Shown: positions 52,818 to 63,640, counted from the stretch's first letter. The stretch: 64,000 bases of DNA from an uncultured Gemmatimonadaceae bacterium (GCA_963822945.1 CAWGJO010000027.1:192001-256000); one strand, 5' to 3'. Made by a program: numbers and translations. The notes: generated by a model not told the origin, from the sequence alone.

Positions 52818-53669
52818 ATGCCGATCCACTCCGCCTCCATCGGACGCGCCGCGCGCCGGTTGGTGCTTGTCGCCCTGGCCACGATCGCGGCCGCCGCCTG
52901 CGCCATCTCCACGCAGCAGGAAGTGCAGCTGGGCGCCACGTACGCCACGCAGATCGATACCCAGCTCCCGATGATCCGCGACGCCCAGGCCGAGAGCTAC
53001 CTGACCGCGCTCGGCAATCAGCTCGCCGCCGTCACCGATACCCGCTCGCTCGACTGGCACTTCGCCATCGTCGACAGCAAGGAAGTCAACGCCTTTGCCG
53101 TGCCCGGCGGCTGGGTGTATGTCAACCGCGGACTCATCGCCCGCGCCGAAACGATGGATCAGCTCGCGGGCGTGTTGGCGCACGAGATCGGACACGTCAC
53201 CCTCCGCCACACGGTGCAGCAGATGCAACAGTCCGATCAGGTGAACGGCGGACTGGTGGCCCTCTGCACGCTCACCAACGTCTGCGACAGCGGCGCCGGC
53301 CAGACGGCGATCAGCGTCGGAGGTTCGGCGCTGTTCGCGAAGTTCAGCCGCCAGGACGAAGCGGAGGCCGACGCCGAGGCCGTGAAGACCACGATCAAGG
53401 CCGGCATCGATCCCCACGGCGTTCCCGCGATGTTCCAGATTCTGCTCGACGAGCGGAAGACCAATCCCACCGCCGTCGATGCGTTCTTCGCCACCCATCC
53501 GCTGGAGGAATCTCGGATCACGGCGACCAACGCCGAGATCGCGACCTACTCGGCGAGCCAGCTCCGCAACCTGACCGTCGACACCGACGCGTTCCAGCAG
53601 TTCAAGCGCCGGCTGGCATCGCTCCCGCCGTCACCGACGCCCAAAGCCGCCGCCGGCTCGAACGACTGA
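52818..53669 (+). CDS. M48 family zinc metallopeptidase lipoprotein
   Basis: Lipobox AAAC; VNAFAVPGG; LAHEIGH; FSRQDEAEAD; FATHP. Confidence 0.92.
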   Translation: MPIHSASIGRAARRLVLVALATIAAAACAISTQQEVQLGATYATQIDTQLPMIRDAQAESYLTALGNQLAAVTDTRSLDWHFAIVDSKEVNAFAVPGGWVYVNRGLIARAETMDQLAGVLAHEIGHVTLRHTVQQMQQSDQVNGGLVALCTLTNVCDSGAGQTAISVGGSALFAKFSRQDEAEADAEAVKTTIKAGIDPHGVPAMFQILLDERKTNPTAVDAFFATHPLEESRITATNAEIATYSASQLRNLTVDTDAFQQFKRRLASLPPSPTPKAAAGSND

Positions 53670-53726
53670 ACCCACGCCGGGCGGCGGGAGAGGCCGGCGT
53701 TCGACTCCGCCAGCAGCCGCACCGCA

Positions 53727-54848
53727 CTACTTTCGCGCCGCCTTCCTGCCGACGTCGACCACGGGCTTGCCCAGCTTCTTCATCTGAGGACGAACGCCCA
53801 GACCGGGCTCCCTCGACGCCGCCAGCCGTCCCTTCTTCCGCTGCGGCGCGCCGTCCGCGAACGCCACGGTCACGTACGAATTGAAGTCCGTGGACGAGAA
53901 GAGGAACCGCTCGGGCGTGCTGTGCGCCAGATGCGCGATCGCCGCCGTGGTGATGTCGCCGCCCCACGTGTCTTCGATGGTCATCGCAATGCCGAGCGAC
54001 ACGCACAGGTCGCGAATCTGCCGCGCCCGCGTGAGCCCGCCCACCTTGGAGATCTTGAGATTGATCACGTCCATGGCGTGGTCGGCCACCCCGCGCACCA
54101 CCATGTCGATGCCATCCACCACTTCGTCGAGAATGAACGGCCGGTCCGTGTGGCGCCGCACCGCCAAACACTGCTCGTAGGTCATGCAGGGCTGCTCGAT
54201 ATAGACGTCCACGTCGCGCACCGCATCGGCCACGCGAACGGCGGCGTGCTGCGTCCAGCCCGTGTTGGCGTCGGCCACCAGCACGTCGCCCCGCGAGAGT
54301 TCGGCGGCCGCGGCGCGGATGCGATCGATGTCGGTGTCGGGATCGCCGCCCACCTTGAGCTGGAACTTGTGATACCCCTCCTTGCGATACCGCCCGATCT
54401 TCCTGGCCATCTGCGCCGGCGACTCCTGTGAAATCGCCCGGTACAGCGCGAAGTCGTCGCCCACGTGGCCACCCATCAGCGTCGCGACCGGCAACCCGCT
54501 CGCCTTGCCCAGCAGGTCCCAGCACGCCATGTCGATCGCCGACTTCACGTACGGGTGGCCGCGCATCGACCGGTCCATCAACTCGTTCAGTTCGCCCAGC
54601 GCCAGCGGATCGGCGCCGAGCAGTTGCGGCGCCAGTTCCGCGATCCCGGCGCGCGCCCCGCGCGCGTAGGCCGGCAGGTACGCGGGCCCCAGGGGACAGA
54701 TCTCCCCCCACCCCACCAGCCCGTCGTCGGTCTCCACGGCAACGATCGTGGAGTCGAACACCGACACCGCGTTTCCACCCGACCAGTTGTAGCTCCCCTC
54801 GTGCAGGGGAAGATCGATCTGGTACGCACGAATCGCCGAGATCTTCAT
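53727..54848 (-). CDS. Enolase-superfamily (MLE subgroup) enzyme, cis-3-hydroxy-L-proline dehydratase-like
   Basis: [78 protein letters not shown] upstream of ATG 54848. Confidence 0.85.
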   Translation of the reverse strand: MKISAIRAYQIDLPLHEGSYNWSGGNAVSVFDSTIVAVETDDGLVGWGEICPLGPAYLPAYARGARAGIAELAPQLLGADPLALGELNELMDRSMRGHPYVKSAIDMACWDLLGKASGLPVATLMGGHVGDDFALYRAISQESPAQMARKIGRYRKEGYHKFQLKVGGDPDTDIDRIRAAAAELSRGDVLVADANTGWTQHAAVRVADAVRDVDVYIEQPCMTYEQCLAVRRHTDRPFILDEVVDGIDMVVRGVADHAMDVINLKISKVGGLTRARQIRDLCVSLGIAMTIEDTWGGDITTAAIAHLAHSTPERFLFSSTDFNSYVTVAFADGAPQRKKGRLAASREPGLGVRPQMKKLGKPVVDVGRKAARK

Positions 54849-55652
54849 TCCGCGCTGACTCCTGTCCTTGAGAGACGACATCCAGAGCGTGACGGCCGTG
54901 TACAGCAACACCACGACCACCACCCATTTCACCACCGTCAGCGGCAGCTCCTTGACCAGAAATGCCGCCACCAGCACGCCGGGAATGCCGCCGGCCGCGA
55001 GGCCGAATGCCGTGCGCCGGTGAAACCGGCCGGAGCGATAGAAGCGGATCGCCGCCGCGGGAAGGATCACCGCCGCCGATGCCGCCATGACCGGGAACAC
55101 GGCCTTGGCGTTCATGCCGAGCATGTAGGTGACGGCCATCGTGGGCGCGTAGTTGCCGATGCCCAGGCTGGTGAGCGAACCGATCACCAGACTGGCGATC
55201 ACCGCGATCACCAGCGCCGAACCCGAAAGACCGATGGTGCCGGCGTCCAGCGACAGGCTCGCCATCAGGCGCATGGCCATGAATCCCGCGGTGAGCAGGA
55301 GCGCGATGGCCATGGCGCGCTCGATGGTCCGGCGCGACAGGCGCACCACGATCCCCGCTCCCAACCACGCGCCGATTCCGCCCGCGATCACCATGCTGAC
55401 GATGGTCTTCAGGTCGATCAGGCCACCGAGCAGGATGATGTAGATGATCGCCTCGGACACGGTGGGGATGGCCTGCCCCACGTTGAGCGTGCCGGGAATT
55501 TCATCGTCCCTGACCATGCGTCCGAGCACCAGCACCGCCGTCGTGGTGGCGAAGGAGCCGATCCCCAATGTGTCGAAGAAGTCGGTGACGGTGCCCAGCC
55601 CCAGCAGGACGGGCATGGGGATGCGGCGCGGTTCGTTGGCGGGTGCGTCCAT
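54849..55652 (-). CDS. TauE/SafE-family permease (reads in frame into the dehydratase)
   Basis: [45 protein letters not shown]; about 8 TM; no stop before 54848. Confidence 0.82.
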
Positions 55653-55824
55653 CGACTCTCCGGACTTGGTGGGTACGGCACTGTTGCGTGAGGGATCACG
55701 CCGCCGCCAGCCGGCCGTCAATGCGTCGCGCAGCGCGGGCAGTGGAACTTGCCGCGCGTCGAGCCTCTGTCAAGCAGTGTGCGAGTACCGTCAGGCGGTC
55801 CGGGGGCCGGGCGGCGCGCCGGCC

Positions 55825-58179
55825 TCAGTCGGGAAAACCGACAGGCTTCAGCAGTTCCTGCAGCCGTGGCTCATCCGGCAACACCTTGTAGATCAGCCAG
55901 CACCGTGCACCGATCAATGACGGCCCCCCCGTACGCATCACGGACGTGGTGATGTCGACCGCCCGCGCCGTGTCCCCCAGCGCGGCATAAATGCTGGCCC
56001 GCCAGGGGGACGAGACGCCGCGCGCCTCCAGCCGTGCCATCACCGAGCGCGCTTCAGCCTCACGACCACCCATCGCCAGTGCGAACGCGAGCGCGCCACC
56101 AGAGGTGATGGTGTCGGTCAGCTTGACCAACTGCTCTGCCGCGCGAACGGCCTCAGCGTGCCTGCCGGCGAGAGAATACTCCTGCGTCATGAAGAGCAGC
56201 AGCCAGTTGGTGTCACCCGGCACACCGGACTCGCCGGTGGCAGCAACGCGCTCATGGAGCCGCCTGGCCTCGGCGACCGCCTCGTCGTGCCGGTCGGCGC
56301 AGGAATACGCGTTTGCGATCTGGGACTTCAGCAAGTCGGAGAGCGGGTCTCGCGCCTCTGCCTTGCGAAATTCAGCGATCGATTCGTCGTACCGGCCGGC
56401 GGACTTGAGATAGTACGCATATATCCAGTGGTGCGAGTTCGGATCGAGCTCCATCGCCCTTCGGATGGACCGCTCCGCGCCCGTCCAGTCCCAGTCGTAG
56501 AGCATCTGCACGAAGCCCAGCGAAGCCCACGCCTGCGCTTCCGTACTGTCCAGGGCAAGCGCACGCAGCGCCGACGCCTTGGACTTGCTGAAATACTCCG
56601 ACGCCCCCTCGTAGGAACTCGCCAGCCAGTGGTCGGCGAGCGCCAGCTTGGCGTACGCTCTGGCCCAGGTGGGATCCAGCGTGACCGCTTCCTCCAGCTT
56701 CGTGATCGCCAGTCGGAACTGCGCCAGCCGCTCCGCATCGGGGAGAATCTGGCTGTACGACGCGCGTTCCAGGTGATAGAGCCCTGCGACGTAGGCGTCC
56801 TGAGCAGCGGGATCGACGGTCGGGCCGCTCGTCAGACGGGACCGCACGGCAGGTGTCACGCGCGCGCGCATGGCGTCGGCGACGGCCCGCGCCACCTCGC
56901 CCTGCAACGCCAGCGCGCGATTCAGCGGACCGGTGAACGTCCTGGAGATGAGGTGCTGCTCCGGCTTCGCGCGCACGAGATGCACGCTGATGCGAACGCT
57001 GTCGCCGCTCTTGAACACCGCGCCTTCCACCACGGCCTGAACGCCCAGTTCCTCGGCAACCACGGGCAAAGGTTCATCGCTGTCCTTGTAGCGAAGCACC
57101 GACTGGCGGGAATAGACCGTCAGGGCCTCGATCTGGGCCAGCTCCGCGATCAGTGCGTCATGCATTCCCGCAACGAAGTATTCCTCTTGTGGATCGCCGG
57201 TAAGGTTGGCCAGTGGGAGCACGGCAACGCTGGAAATCCTGGCCGGCGGATCTGAGCGTCTGTGCCCCCATATCCAGGCCACGGAACCGAGTACGAACAG
57301 CAGAGCGGCGACTCCCGTGGCGCGTTTCCATGACCACGACCGTGCCCGTAGGACCTCGGGTGCGGCTCCCGCGTGCTCCGGGGGGAGCACCGACGGCGTC
57401 GATCGGGAATCCTCTCTCGGTCCATCGCTCGCCGGCCGCTCGATGGCCGGGGCCGGCGCTTCGCCGGAACCACCGCCACGGATCCGTTCGAGCACCGCTC
57501 GGACTGCAGGATCCGGGTCGGCACCGAAATCCGTCTCCAGCAGGATTGCGTGGAGGCGCGCCTGGCGGATCGCGCCGGCGCGATCGCCCATCGAGTCCAG
57601 CGTCTCCATCAGCCCGACGGTCGCCCGGGCATCATGCGGGTCGTCCGCGAGCAGTCGCTGCCAGCATTCCCGGGCCCCGACGAGGTCCGCTGCGGCCCCC
57701 TTCTGCGCCGCCAACTCGGCGAGTGCCCCGCGCCACGCCCGGCGGAGCCGCTCCCGCTCCTGGTCGACCCAGCGCTCGAATTCGGGCGCATCGCTGAGGA
57801 AGAAACCATCCAGCAGCGGGCCCGTGTACAGCGCGGTCGCGCGTTGCAGGTTTCCACCCGCGAGGGCCTCCTCGAAGGCGAGGACGTCGCAGTCCAGTCG
57901 CGACGATTCGAGGTACAGGTCATCGCCGGCGGAGCGGATCGCACCCTCACCGAGCGCTCTCCGCACTACGTGTACGGCCTGCTTCAGAAGATTGCGGGCG
58001 TGATCGGTGTCGCGCTCGGGCCAGAGATAGCCGACCAGCTTGTCGCGGCTGAGCGGGCGAGGGTGGGAGACGCACAGGAGGGACACCAGTGCCAACCGGT
58101 GGCGCTGGGCCGCCGGGCCACTGAGTATCGCGCCGTCGCGCTCGAGCGAGGCGCCGCCGAAGAGCTTGAGGGAAATCAT
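55825..58179 (-). CDS. Membrane-anchored SARP/BTAD transcriptional activator with TolB-like and TPR C-terminal region
   Basis: LKLFGG..SRDKLVGYLWPE..ARNLLKQ..LYTGPLLDGF..EFERW (wHTH-BTAD); TM GVAALLFVLGSVAWIWG; SVAVLPLANL..YFVAGM; TPR repeats. Confidence 0.88.
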   Translation of the reverse strand: MISLKLFGGASLERDGAILSGPAAQRHRLALVSLLCVSHPRPLSRDKLVGYLWPERDTDHARNLLKQAVHVVRRALGEGAIRSAGDDLYLESSRLDCDVLAFEEALAGGNLQRATALYTGPLLDGFFLSDAPEFERWVDQERERLRRAWRGALAELAAQKGAAADLVGARECWQRLLADDPHDARATVGLMETLDSMGDRAGAIRQARLHAILLETDFGADPDPAVRAVLERIRGGGSGEAPAPAIERPASDGPREDSRSTPSVLPPEHAGAAPEVLRARSWSWKRATGVAALLFVLGSVAWIWGHRRSDPPARISSVAVLPLANLTGDPQEEYFVAGMHDALIAELAQIEALTVYSRQSVLRYKDSDEPLPVVAEELGVQAVVEGAVFKSGDSVRISVHLVRAKPEQHLISRTFTGPLNRALALQGEVARAVADAMRARVTPAVRSRLTSGPTVDPAAQDAYVAGLYHLERASYSQILPDAERLAQFRLAITKLEEAVTLDPTWARAYAKLALADHWLASSYEGASEYFSKSKASALRALALDSTEAQAWASLGFVQMLYDWDWTGAERSIRRAMELDPNSHHWIYAYYLKSAGRYDESIAEFRKAEARDPLSDLLKSQIANAYSCADRHDEAVAEARRLHERVAATGESGVPGDTNWLLLFMTQEYSLAGRHAEAVRAAEQLVKLTDTITSGGALAFALAMGGREAEARSVMARLEARGVSSPWRASIYAALGDTARAVDITTSVMRTGGPSLIGARCWLIYKVLPDEPRLQELLKPVGFPD

Positions 58180-58246
58180 ACCAAGGGCGCCATCCGGGGA
58201 CCGTTCCGCCGAACCCGCTCGGGCCCGAGCGACCAGCGACGGAAGA

Positions 58247-58297
58247 TCAACCGAAGAGTCAACCGCCGTTAACCGGCCACTGACTCGTAGTTAACTC
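58247..58297. promoter_or_regulatory. Five heptamer direct repeats with about 11-bp period
   Basis: TCAACCG (58247), TCAACCG (58259), TTAACCG (58269), CTGACTC (58280), TTAACTC (58291). Confidence 0.65.
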
Positions 58298-58485
58298 ATT
58301 AGCGCCAATGTATTTCCGGAAATCGGGAGCAGCAAGCCAGCGGCGCTCCGCGCACCCTCGATACCGACCTCTCCGTCGCGGGAGCGGGATTGGATCGAAC
58401 CCTCTCCCTCGGGTGTGCGCCGAACCTGGCAGTCCGACTCTCGGCTCCTGGCTGTCGTGATAAACCTTCCAGAATGGAGTGTCCC

Positions 58486-59031
58486 ATGCGAACGGTTCCC
58501 CTCCTCGTCGCCGCCGTCCTGTTGATGTCCTGCAGCGACGCGCCCACCACGATCGACTCTGTCGCGCAATCCGGCCCGAGCAGCCTGCAGGCCGTCTCCG
58601 CCAGTAGGACGAACGCTTCGGCCGCCTCGCAGGTCGCGCAGCTTCGTCGCCTGATTGCGCCGTACCACACCTTGGCGAAGGCGTCCGCGGCTGGCTGGGA
58701 CACCGACATCACCGGATGCCTGGAGTTGCCCGGAGTCGGGGGAATGGGCCACCACTATGCCAACCTTGCCAACCTCACCGACGGCCAGATCACCTGGAAT
58801 CAGCCCGAAATTCTGGTGTTCGCGCCAAGCCCGAATCATCGGGACGGACTGAAACTGGTAGCCGTGGAGTACCTCGTGTTCAAGTCGGAAATGCCGACGG
58901 CACCATCACTCTATGGCCAGACGTTCCATTCCAATGATGGTGCCGGGGCCTGGATGCTCCACGTCTGGATCGGGGCGCACAACCCGGACGGCATGTTCGC
59001 GGACTGGAATCCCACCATCTCCTGCACCTGA
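58486..59031 (+). CDS. Hypothetical lipoprotein with His/Cys motifs
   Basis: Lipobox LMSC; GGMGHHY..PEILVF..LVAVEY..LHVW..NPDGMFADWNP. Confidence 0.8.
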   Translation: MRTVPLLVAAVLLMSCSDAPTTIDSVAQSGPSSLQAVSASRTNASAASQVAQLRRLIAPYHTLAKASAAGWDTDITGCLELPGVGGMGHHYANLANLTDGQITWNQPEILVFAPSPNHRDGLKLVAVEYLVFKSEMPTAPSLYGQTFHSNDGAGAWMLHVWIGAHNPDGMFADWNPTISCT

Positions 59032-59070
59032 TCGCCGAGCGGAACGGACGCAGGCGAGACCCATGCGCTG

Positions 59071-59102
59071 AGCACCCCTGCCCATTGGGGAGGGGTGCTT
59101 TG
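59071..59102 (+). terminator. Intrinsic terminator-like hairpin
   Basis: AGCACCCCT-GCCCATTGGGG-AGGGGTGCT followed by TT. Confidence 0.65.
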
Positions 59103-59124
59103 CGATGGCGGCACGTGTCGGCCC

Positions 59125-59166
59125 CTTTCCGCTCGTTCAACGCCTTCATATAAGAACCGCAATTTC
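59125..59166. repeat. Intergenic repeat, degenerate copy A
   Basis: 26/42 ungapped identity to 61171-61212, including the ATATA..AACCG..ATT core. Confidence 0.5.
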
Positions 59167-59201
59167 GGTCGGTGCAGGCGGCCCTCCCCCAAGCCTCGCC
59201 G

Positions 59202-61046
59202 TCACCCGCCGCGCCAGACCCCTTCGGCCCGCGCCGCCACGGCGCCGAGTAATCCCTGCAGCGCCGTGCGCGCTCTGCTCATGGAGCGGGCGTACAGCGC
59301 GCGGTATCCCTTCAGGCCGAGCCCACCGCCTGCCAGCAGACCAACTGCCGCGACGGCGGGGAGCAGCGGTGCGATCCCGATCGCCACGCCGAGCCCGACG
59401 CCCCCCGCCAGACCCGCGCCTCCGCTGAGTGCCGACAGCAACGTCCCCAGCGCAAAGCCGATGTTGTGCGACGTCACGGGGCTGTGCACCGTCAGCTCGC
59501 AGGACGCGGACTCTCCCTCCACGGAACGCAGCGAGACGAACACCTGGCGGAGCCCCGCGTCTCTGGTCGCGAAACCGAACCCCTGATAGGTGAAGGCGTG
59601 GGTACCCGCGATGTTGAAGGCGAGAACGCCTCCGTCGAGCGGATCACCCTGCTGGTCGGCAAAGCTCAGCCGGAAGGGCTCTTCGGGAAACACGGCCTCC
59701 ATGGCTGCGAGCACGTCCCGGGGCGCGGCTCGGACCACGCGCGTCACGGTAATCGCGTTGGGCGGGTGCTTCAGGAATCGCCGGGCCAGAGCCGTGCTGT
59801 GCTGCACGGCGCCGAGTGAGTCCCCGGTCGCGAGCGGTGAGGTGGATACCGCCGGCGCGCCAGGCTGCGCCAGGCCGTGCTCCACCATCGCGTGCTCCAC
59901 GTACTGCGCCGGGATGCCTGCTTCGAGCGCCGCGTCGCGCACCGCCGACAGGTCGTAGCCCGAGGTGCGGCTGGCGTCGCCCGCCGCGTCGCGGGGTGTG
60001 GGCACCGGCGTCGGCCGCGGCTCGAGGCCCGTCTGCGCCTGCAGCTCCGAGGCGCGCGACCAGATGGCCTGCGCTTCCGTCTCCGACACCACCGCCGGCG
60101 CCGCCGGATTCGCCGCCGCGCGCACCGCGTCGCGCGCCACCTCGCCCTCCACGCGTCGCAGCGCCTCGGCCAGTTCGCCGCCCGACTGGAACCGCGCCGC
60201 GGGATCCTTGGCCAGACAGCGGTCCACAATCTCGGCCAGCGCCCGCGGCGTGTCGGGCACCACGGTGAGCAGGGGCGGGGGCGCCGTGTTCACCTGCGCG
60301 ATGAGCACCGCCGACGCCAGTGTCGCGTCGAAGGGGAATTGGCCGGTGAGCGCGTAGAAGCCCACCACGCCCAGCGAATACAGATCGCTGCGGCCGTCCA
60401 GCGGCTCGCCGGTCACCTGTTCCGGGCTCATGTAGTGCACGGTGCCGAGCACCTGGCCGGTGGCCGTGAGCGGCGCCGCCTCGGCCATGCGCGCGATGCC
60501 GAAATCGGTGACCATCGCCGAGCCGGTGGCGCGGTCGATGAGAATGTTCTCGGCTTTCACATCGCGGTGCACCACGCCGCGTGCGCTGGCGTAGCCGAGC
60601 GCCGCCGCCACGTCGCGCATCTGGCGTAGCACGTCGCGCGGATCCAGCCGCCCCGCGTCGCGCACGGCCTCGGCCACCGACACGCCGTCCACGTAGCCCA
60701 TGGCAAAGAACACCAGGCCGTCGATCTCGTCGGCGCGGTAGACCGGCACGATGTGCGAGTGCGACAGCATGGCGGCCGTGCGCGCCTCGCGCAGAAATCG
60801 TTCGCGGACGGCGGGATCGGCGGCCAGGTGGGGCGGCAGCGTCTTGAGCGCCACGGGCCGGTCGAGCTTGAGATCGCGGCCCAGGTACACGATGCCCATG
60901 CCGCCGCGGCCGATCTCGCGTTCGAGCGTGTACTGGCCGTCGAGGGCGCGCGAAAGGGCGGCGAATTCGGGCGACGTCGGGGTGGTCGGCTCCTGAATCC
61001 GGTCCGCCGACTTGCTGTTGAAATTCCGGGGATCCGCCTCGCTCAT
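59202..61046 (-). CDS. Hanks-type Ser/Thr protein kinase with C-terminal membrane segments
   Basis: EIGRGGMGIVY, VALK, HRDVKAEN, TDFGIA, GTVHYMSPE, DLYSLG; hydrophobic hairpin at the C-terminus. Confidence 0.95.
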   Translation of the reverse strand: MSEADPRNFNSKSADRIQEPTTPTSPEFAALSRALDGQYTLEREIGRGGMGIVYLGRDLKLDRPVALKTLPPHLAADPAVRERFLREARTAAMLSHSHIVPVYRADEIDGLVFFAMGYVDGVSVAEAVRDAGRLDPRDVLRQMRDVAAALGYASARGVVHRDVKAENILIDRATGSAMVTDFGIARMAEAAPLTATGQVLGTVHYMSPEQVTGEPLDGRSDLYSLGVVGFYALTGQFPFDATLASAVLIAQVNTAPPPLLTVVPDTPRALAEIVDRCLAKDPAARFQSGGELAEALRRVEGEVARDAVRAAANPAAPAVVSETEAQAIWSRASELQAQTGLEPRPTPVPTPRDAAGDASRTSGYDLSAVRDAALEAGIPAQYVEHAMVEHGLAQPGAPAVSTSPLATGDSLGAVQHSTALARRFLKHPPNAITVTRVVRAAPRDVLAAMEAVFPEEPFRLSFADQQGDPLDGGVLAFNIAGTHAFTYQGFGFATRDAGLRQVFVSLRSVEGESASCELTVHSPVTSHNIGFALGTLLSALSGGAGLAGGVGLGVAIGIAPLLPAVAAVGLLAGGGLGLKGYRALYARSMSRARTALQGLLGAVAARAEGVWRGG

Positions 61047-61160
61047 GAACAATGGTCGCTGCCACCGAGCGAATTCACAAGCACGCGAGGTGGCGAACCG
61101 ACGTTCCATAGCGCCCCGTTGCTGCCCGTACACATCCCGCCCCCCTCCGTGGCCCCGGTC

Positions 61161-61230
61161 GCATCGAGTCCCTTCCACTGCTTCCGATCTTCTATATAGA
61201 AACCGACATTCCCCTCGAACCACGCACGCG
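61161..61230. repeat. Intergenic repeat, copy B
   Basis: 50/70 ungapped identity to 63925-63994. Confidence 0.75.
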
Positions 61231-61314
61231 GCAGTGTGGTTGTGACGCGGCCGGCCCACGCTTCACAACGGACCTCTCTTGTATTCGTGCAGCGGCGGGG
61301 CTAACGTCGCCCGC

Positions 61315-62895
61315 ATGATTCCATCCTCTCGCTTGCTCATTGCGGCGCTGCTCTGGCCCGCGGCGCTCGCCGCGCAGACGCCGGATTCCGCGCCGCCCCA
61401 CGCCGTGGCCGGCTCCGCCCTCGCGCCCTTTGCGACGAAATCGTCGGGCTCCGTACGCACGCCCGCCGGGACGATTGCCTACGACGCGGTGACGGGCGCC
61501 CTGGTCGTGCACCCGAAGGGGTGGGACGACGCCGCGCCGCCCGACACGTCGAAGCCGGGCGCCGTCGCCACGATGTCGTACGTGGCGTACTTCAAGACCG
61601 GCGCCGGCGCGGCGCAACGGCCGCTCACGTTCGTCTTCAACGGCGGACCCGGCTCGGCGACGCTCTGGCTGCACATGGGCGCGTTCGGTCCGCGGCGCGT
61701 GGTCACGAACGACCATACGCATACACCGGGCGCCCCCTACGAGATGGTGAACAACGACCAGACCCTGCTCGACGTCAGCGATCTCGTCTTCGTGGACATG
61801 CCGGGCACGGGGCTCGGCCGCGTCATGGGCAAGGACAAGGCGCAGGCGTTCTACGGCGTGGATCAGGACATCCACGCGTTCGCGGTTTTCATCCGCGACT
61901 TCCTGACCAAGTACGACCGCTGGAACTCGCCCAAGTACATTTTCGGCGAGAGCTATGGCACGATGCGCGGCGCCGGCCTGCCGCTGGCCCTCCAGAACGA
62001 GAACATCGACCTCAACGGCGTGATGCTGCTGTCGTGCATCCTCAACTGGGACACGATGCCCGACGATCCGCAACTGAACCCCGGGATCGACGAGCCGTAC
62101 ATCGTGAGCCTGCCCACGTACGCGGCCACGGCCTGGTACCATCACAAGCTGCCGGCGGCGCCGGCGACGCTGCAGCCGTTCCTCGCCGAGGTCGAGCGGT
62201 TCGCGACCGGCGACTACGCGCTCGCGCTGCTCCAGGGCAACGCCCTCCCCGACGCGCAACGGCAGGCCATCGCGGCCAAGCTGCACGACTACACGGGCCT
62301 GTCGGTAGCGTACCTGCTCAAGACCAACCTGCGCATCGAGTACGGCGCGTTCCAGAAGGAACTCTTCGGCGGCGAAGCGCTGACCACCGGCACGCTCGAC
62401 ACGCGGTTCATCGGCCCAACGCTCGACCCACTGAGCAAAGTCAGCGAGTACGATCCGCAGAGTTCGGCGATCGGCGCGGCGTACGTGGCGGCGTTGAACA
62501 CCTACCTGGCGCAGTCGCTCAAGTACGACGGCCCGCTACGCTACAAGACCGGCGTCGGCGTGTACTCGAGCTGGGACTACAAGCATCAGGCGCCGGGCGC
62601 CGGCCGGCCGCTCATCGCGCAGCCGAACGTGCTGCCGGACCTGGCGGCGGCGATGAAGATGAACCCCACCATGCGGGTGCTGGTGCTGGGCGGATACTAC
62701 GACGTCTCAACGCCGTACTTCGAGGGCAAATTCGAGCTGGATCACCTGCCGATCCCGGCATCGCTCGAGCAGAACATCGAGTACCGGTACTATGAGTCGG
62801 GACACATGGTGTACGTGAACGTGCCGACGCTGAAGCGCCTGCACGAAGACGTGTCGGCGTTCATCCGGGGCGGCGGCCCGCGGTCGTCTCATTGA
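61315..62895 (+). CDS. S10 family serine carboxypeptidase
   Basis: Signal peptide; FVFNGGPGS; GESYG nucleophile motif; GYYDVSTP; YESGHMVY. Confidence 0.93.
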   Translation: MIPSSRLLIAALLWPAALAAQTPDSAPPHAVAGSALAPFATKSSGSVRTPAGTIAYDAVTGALVVHPKGWDDAAPPDTSKPGAVATMSYVAYFKTGAGAAQRPLTFVFNGGPGSATLWLHMGAFGPRRVVTNDHTHTPGAPYEMVNNDQTLLDVSDLVFVDMPGTGLGRVMGKDKAQAFYGVDQDIHAFAVFIRDFLTKYDRWNSPKYIFGESYGTMRGAGLPLALQNENIDLNGVMLLSCILNWDTMPDDPQLNPGIDEPYIVSLPTYAATAWYHHKLPAAPATLQPFLAEVERFATGDYALALLQGNALPDAQRQAIAAKLHDYTGLSVAYLLKTNLRIEYGAFQKELFGGEALTTGTLDTRFIGPTLDPLSKVSEYDPQSSAIGAAYVAALNTYLAQSLKYDGPLRYKTGVGVYSSWDYKHQAPGAGRPLIAQPNVLPDLAAAMKMNPTMRVLVLGGYYDVSTPYFEGKFELDHLPIPASLEQNIEYRYYESGHMVYVNVPTLKRLHEDVSAFIRGGGPRSSH

Positions 62896-63052
62896 GTGCG
62901 GCATGGGCTGCCGGCCCGGGGATCCGTCGCGGAGCCGCGCTTGGCGGCCGGCCCTCGGCGCTCGCCCGTCGGGCCATACGCAGATTCAGATTCCCATCCT
63001 TGAGAGTCGTTGTTCCTGTTCCCTCTGAGCACTGTACGGGAGGTTTCCAAAC

Positions 63053-63640
63053 GTGAATGCACGTCGTGGTACACGCTACGCTCGCCCCGCCGCACTCTGC
63101 GCGCTCGTGCTGCTCTGCGCTGCGACGCCGGCGTGCCCTGCAGGCGAAGCTACGGCACGAGCCGGCTCCAGCCTGGTCGGGTCGGGGGTGGGCACCGGCA
63201 AGATCGAAGCCTGCAAGCTCATCAGCGCCACCGCCGCCGGGAAGATCCTCGGCACCACCGTGACCGTGAAGCCCGTCGAGACGTCGGCCGCCGGATCGGA
63301 TGCCGCTTCCATGTGCAGCTATCAGACCGGACAGGTCAGAGGCGGCTTCATGCTGCTCGCCGGACGCGTGAAGTACAGCGACGCCGCAACCGAAGTCGCG
63401 GCCAGAAAGAAGGAGGCGGTGTCGGACCTTCCGCCGGGTATTCCCACGCCGACGTTCACCGACGTGCATGGGCTCGGTGAGGCGGCCTACCTGGAGAAGA
63501 CTCCAGAGAGCGTCGAATTGCACGTGCTCCAGCACGGCGTCGTGGTCGTCATCACGTTCGTCCGAAAGGCCGACCAGACGGTGGTCCGGCAGTGCGAGCA
63601 GTTGGCCCGCATCGCGCTGGGAAACGTTGCCGGGAGCTGA
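63053..63640 (+). CDS. Hypothetical exported protein (DUF3558-like pattern)
   Basis: GGAGG RBS, GTG start, signal-like N-terminus; ACKLIS..CSY..VHGLGEAAY..EQLARIAL. Confidence 0.7.
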   Translation: MNARRGTRYARPAALCALVLLCAATPACPAGEATARAGSSLVGSGVGTGKIEACKLISATAAGKILGTTVTVKPVETSAAGSDAASMCSYQTGQVRGGFMLLAGRVKYSDAATEVAARKKEAVSDLPPGIPTPTFTDVHGLGEAAYLEKTPESVELHVLQHGVVVVITFVRKADQTVVRQCEQLARIALGNVAGS

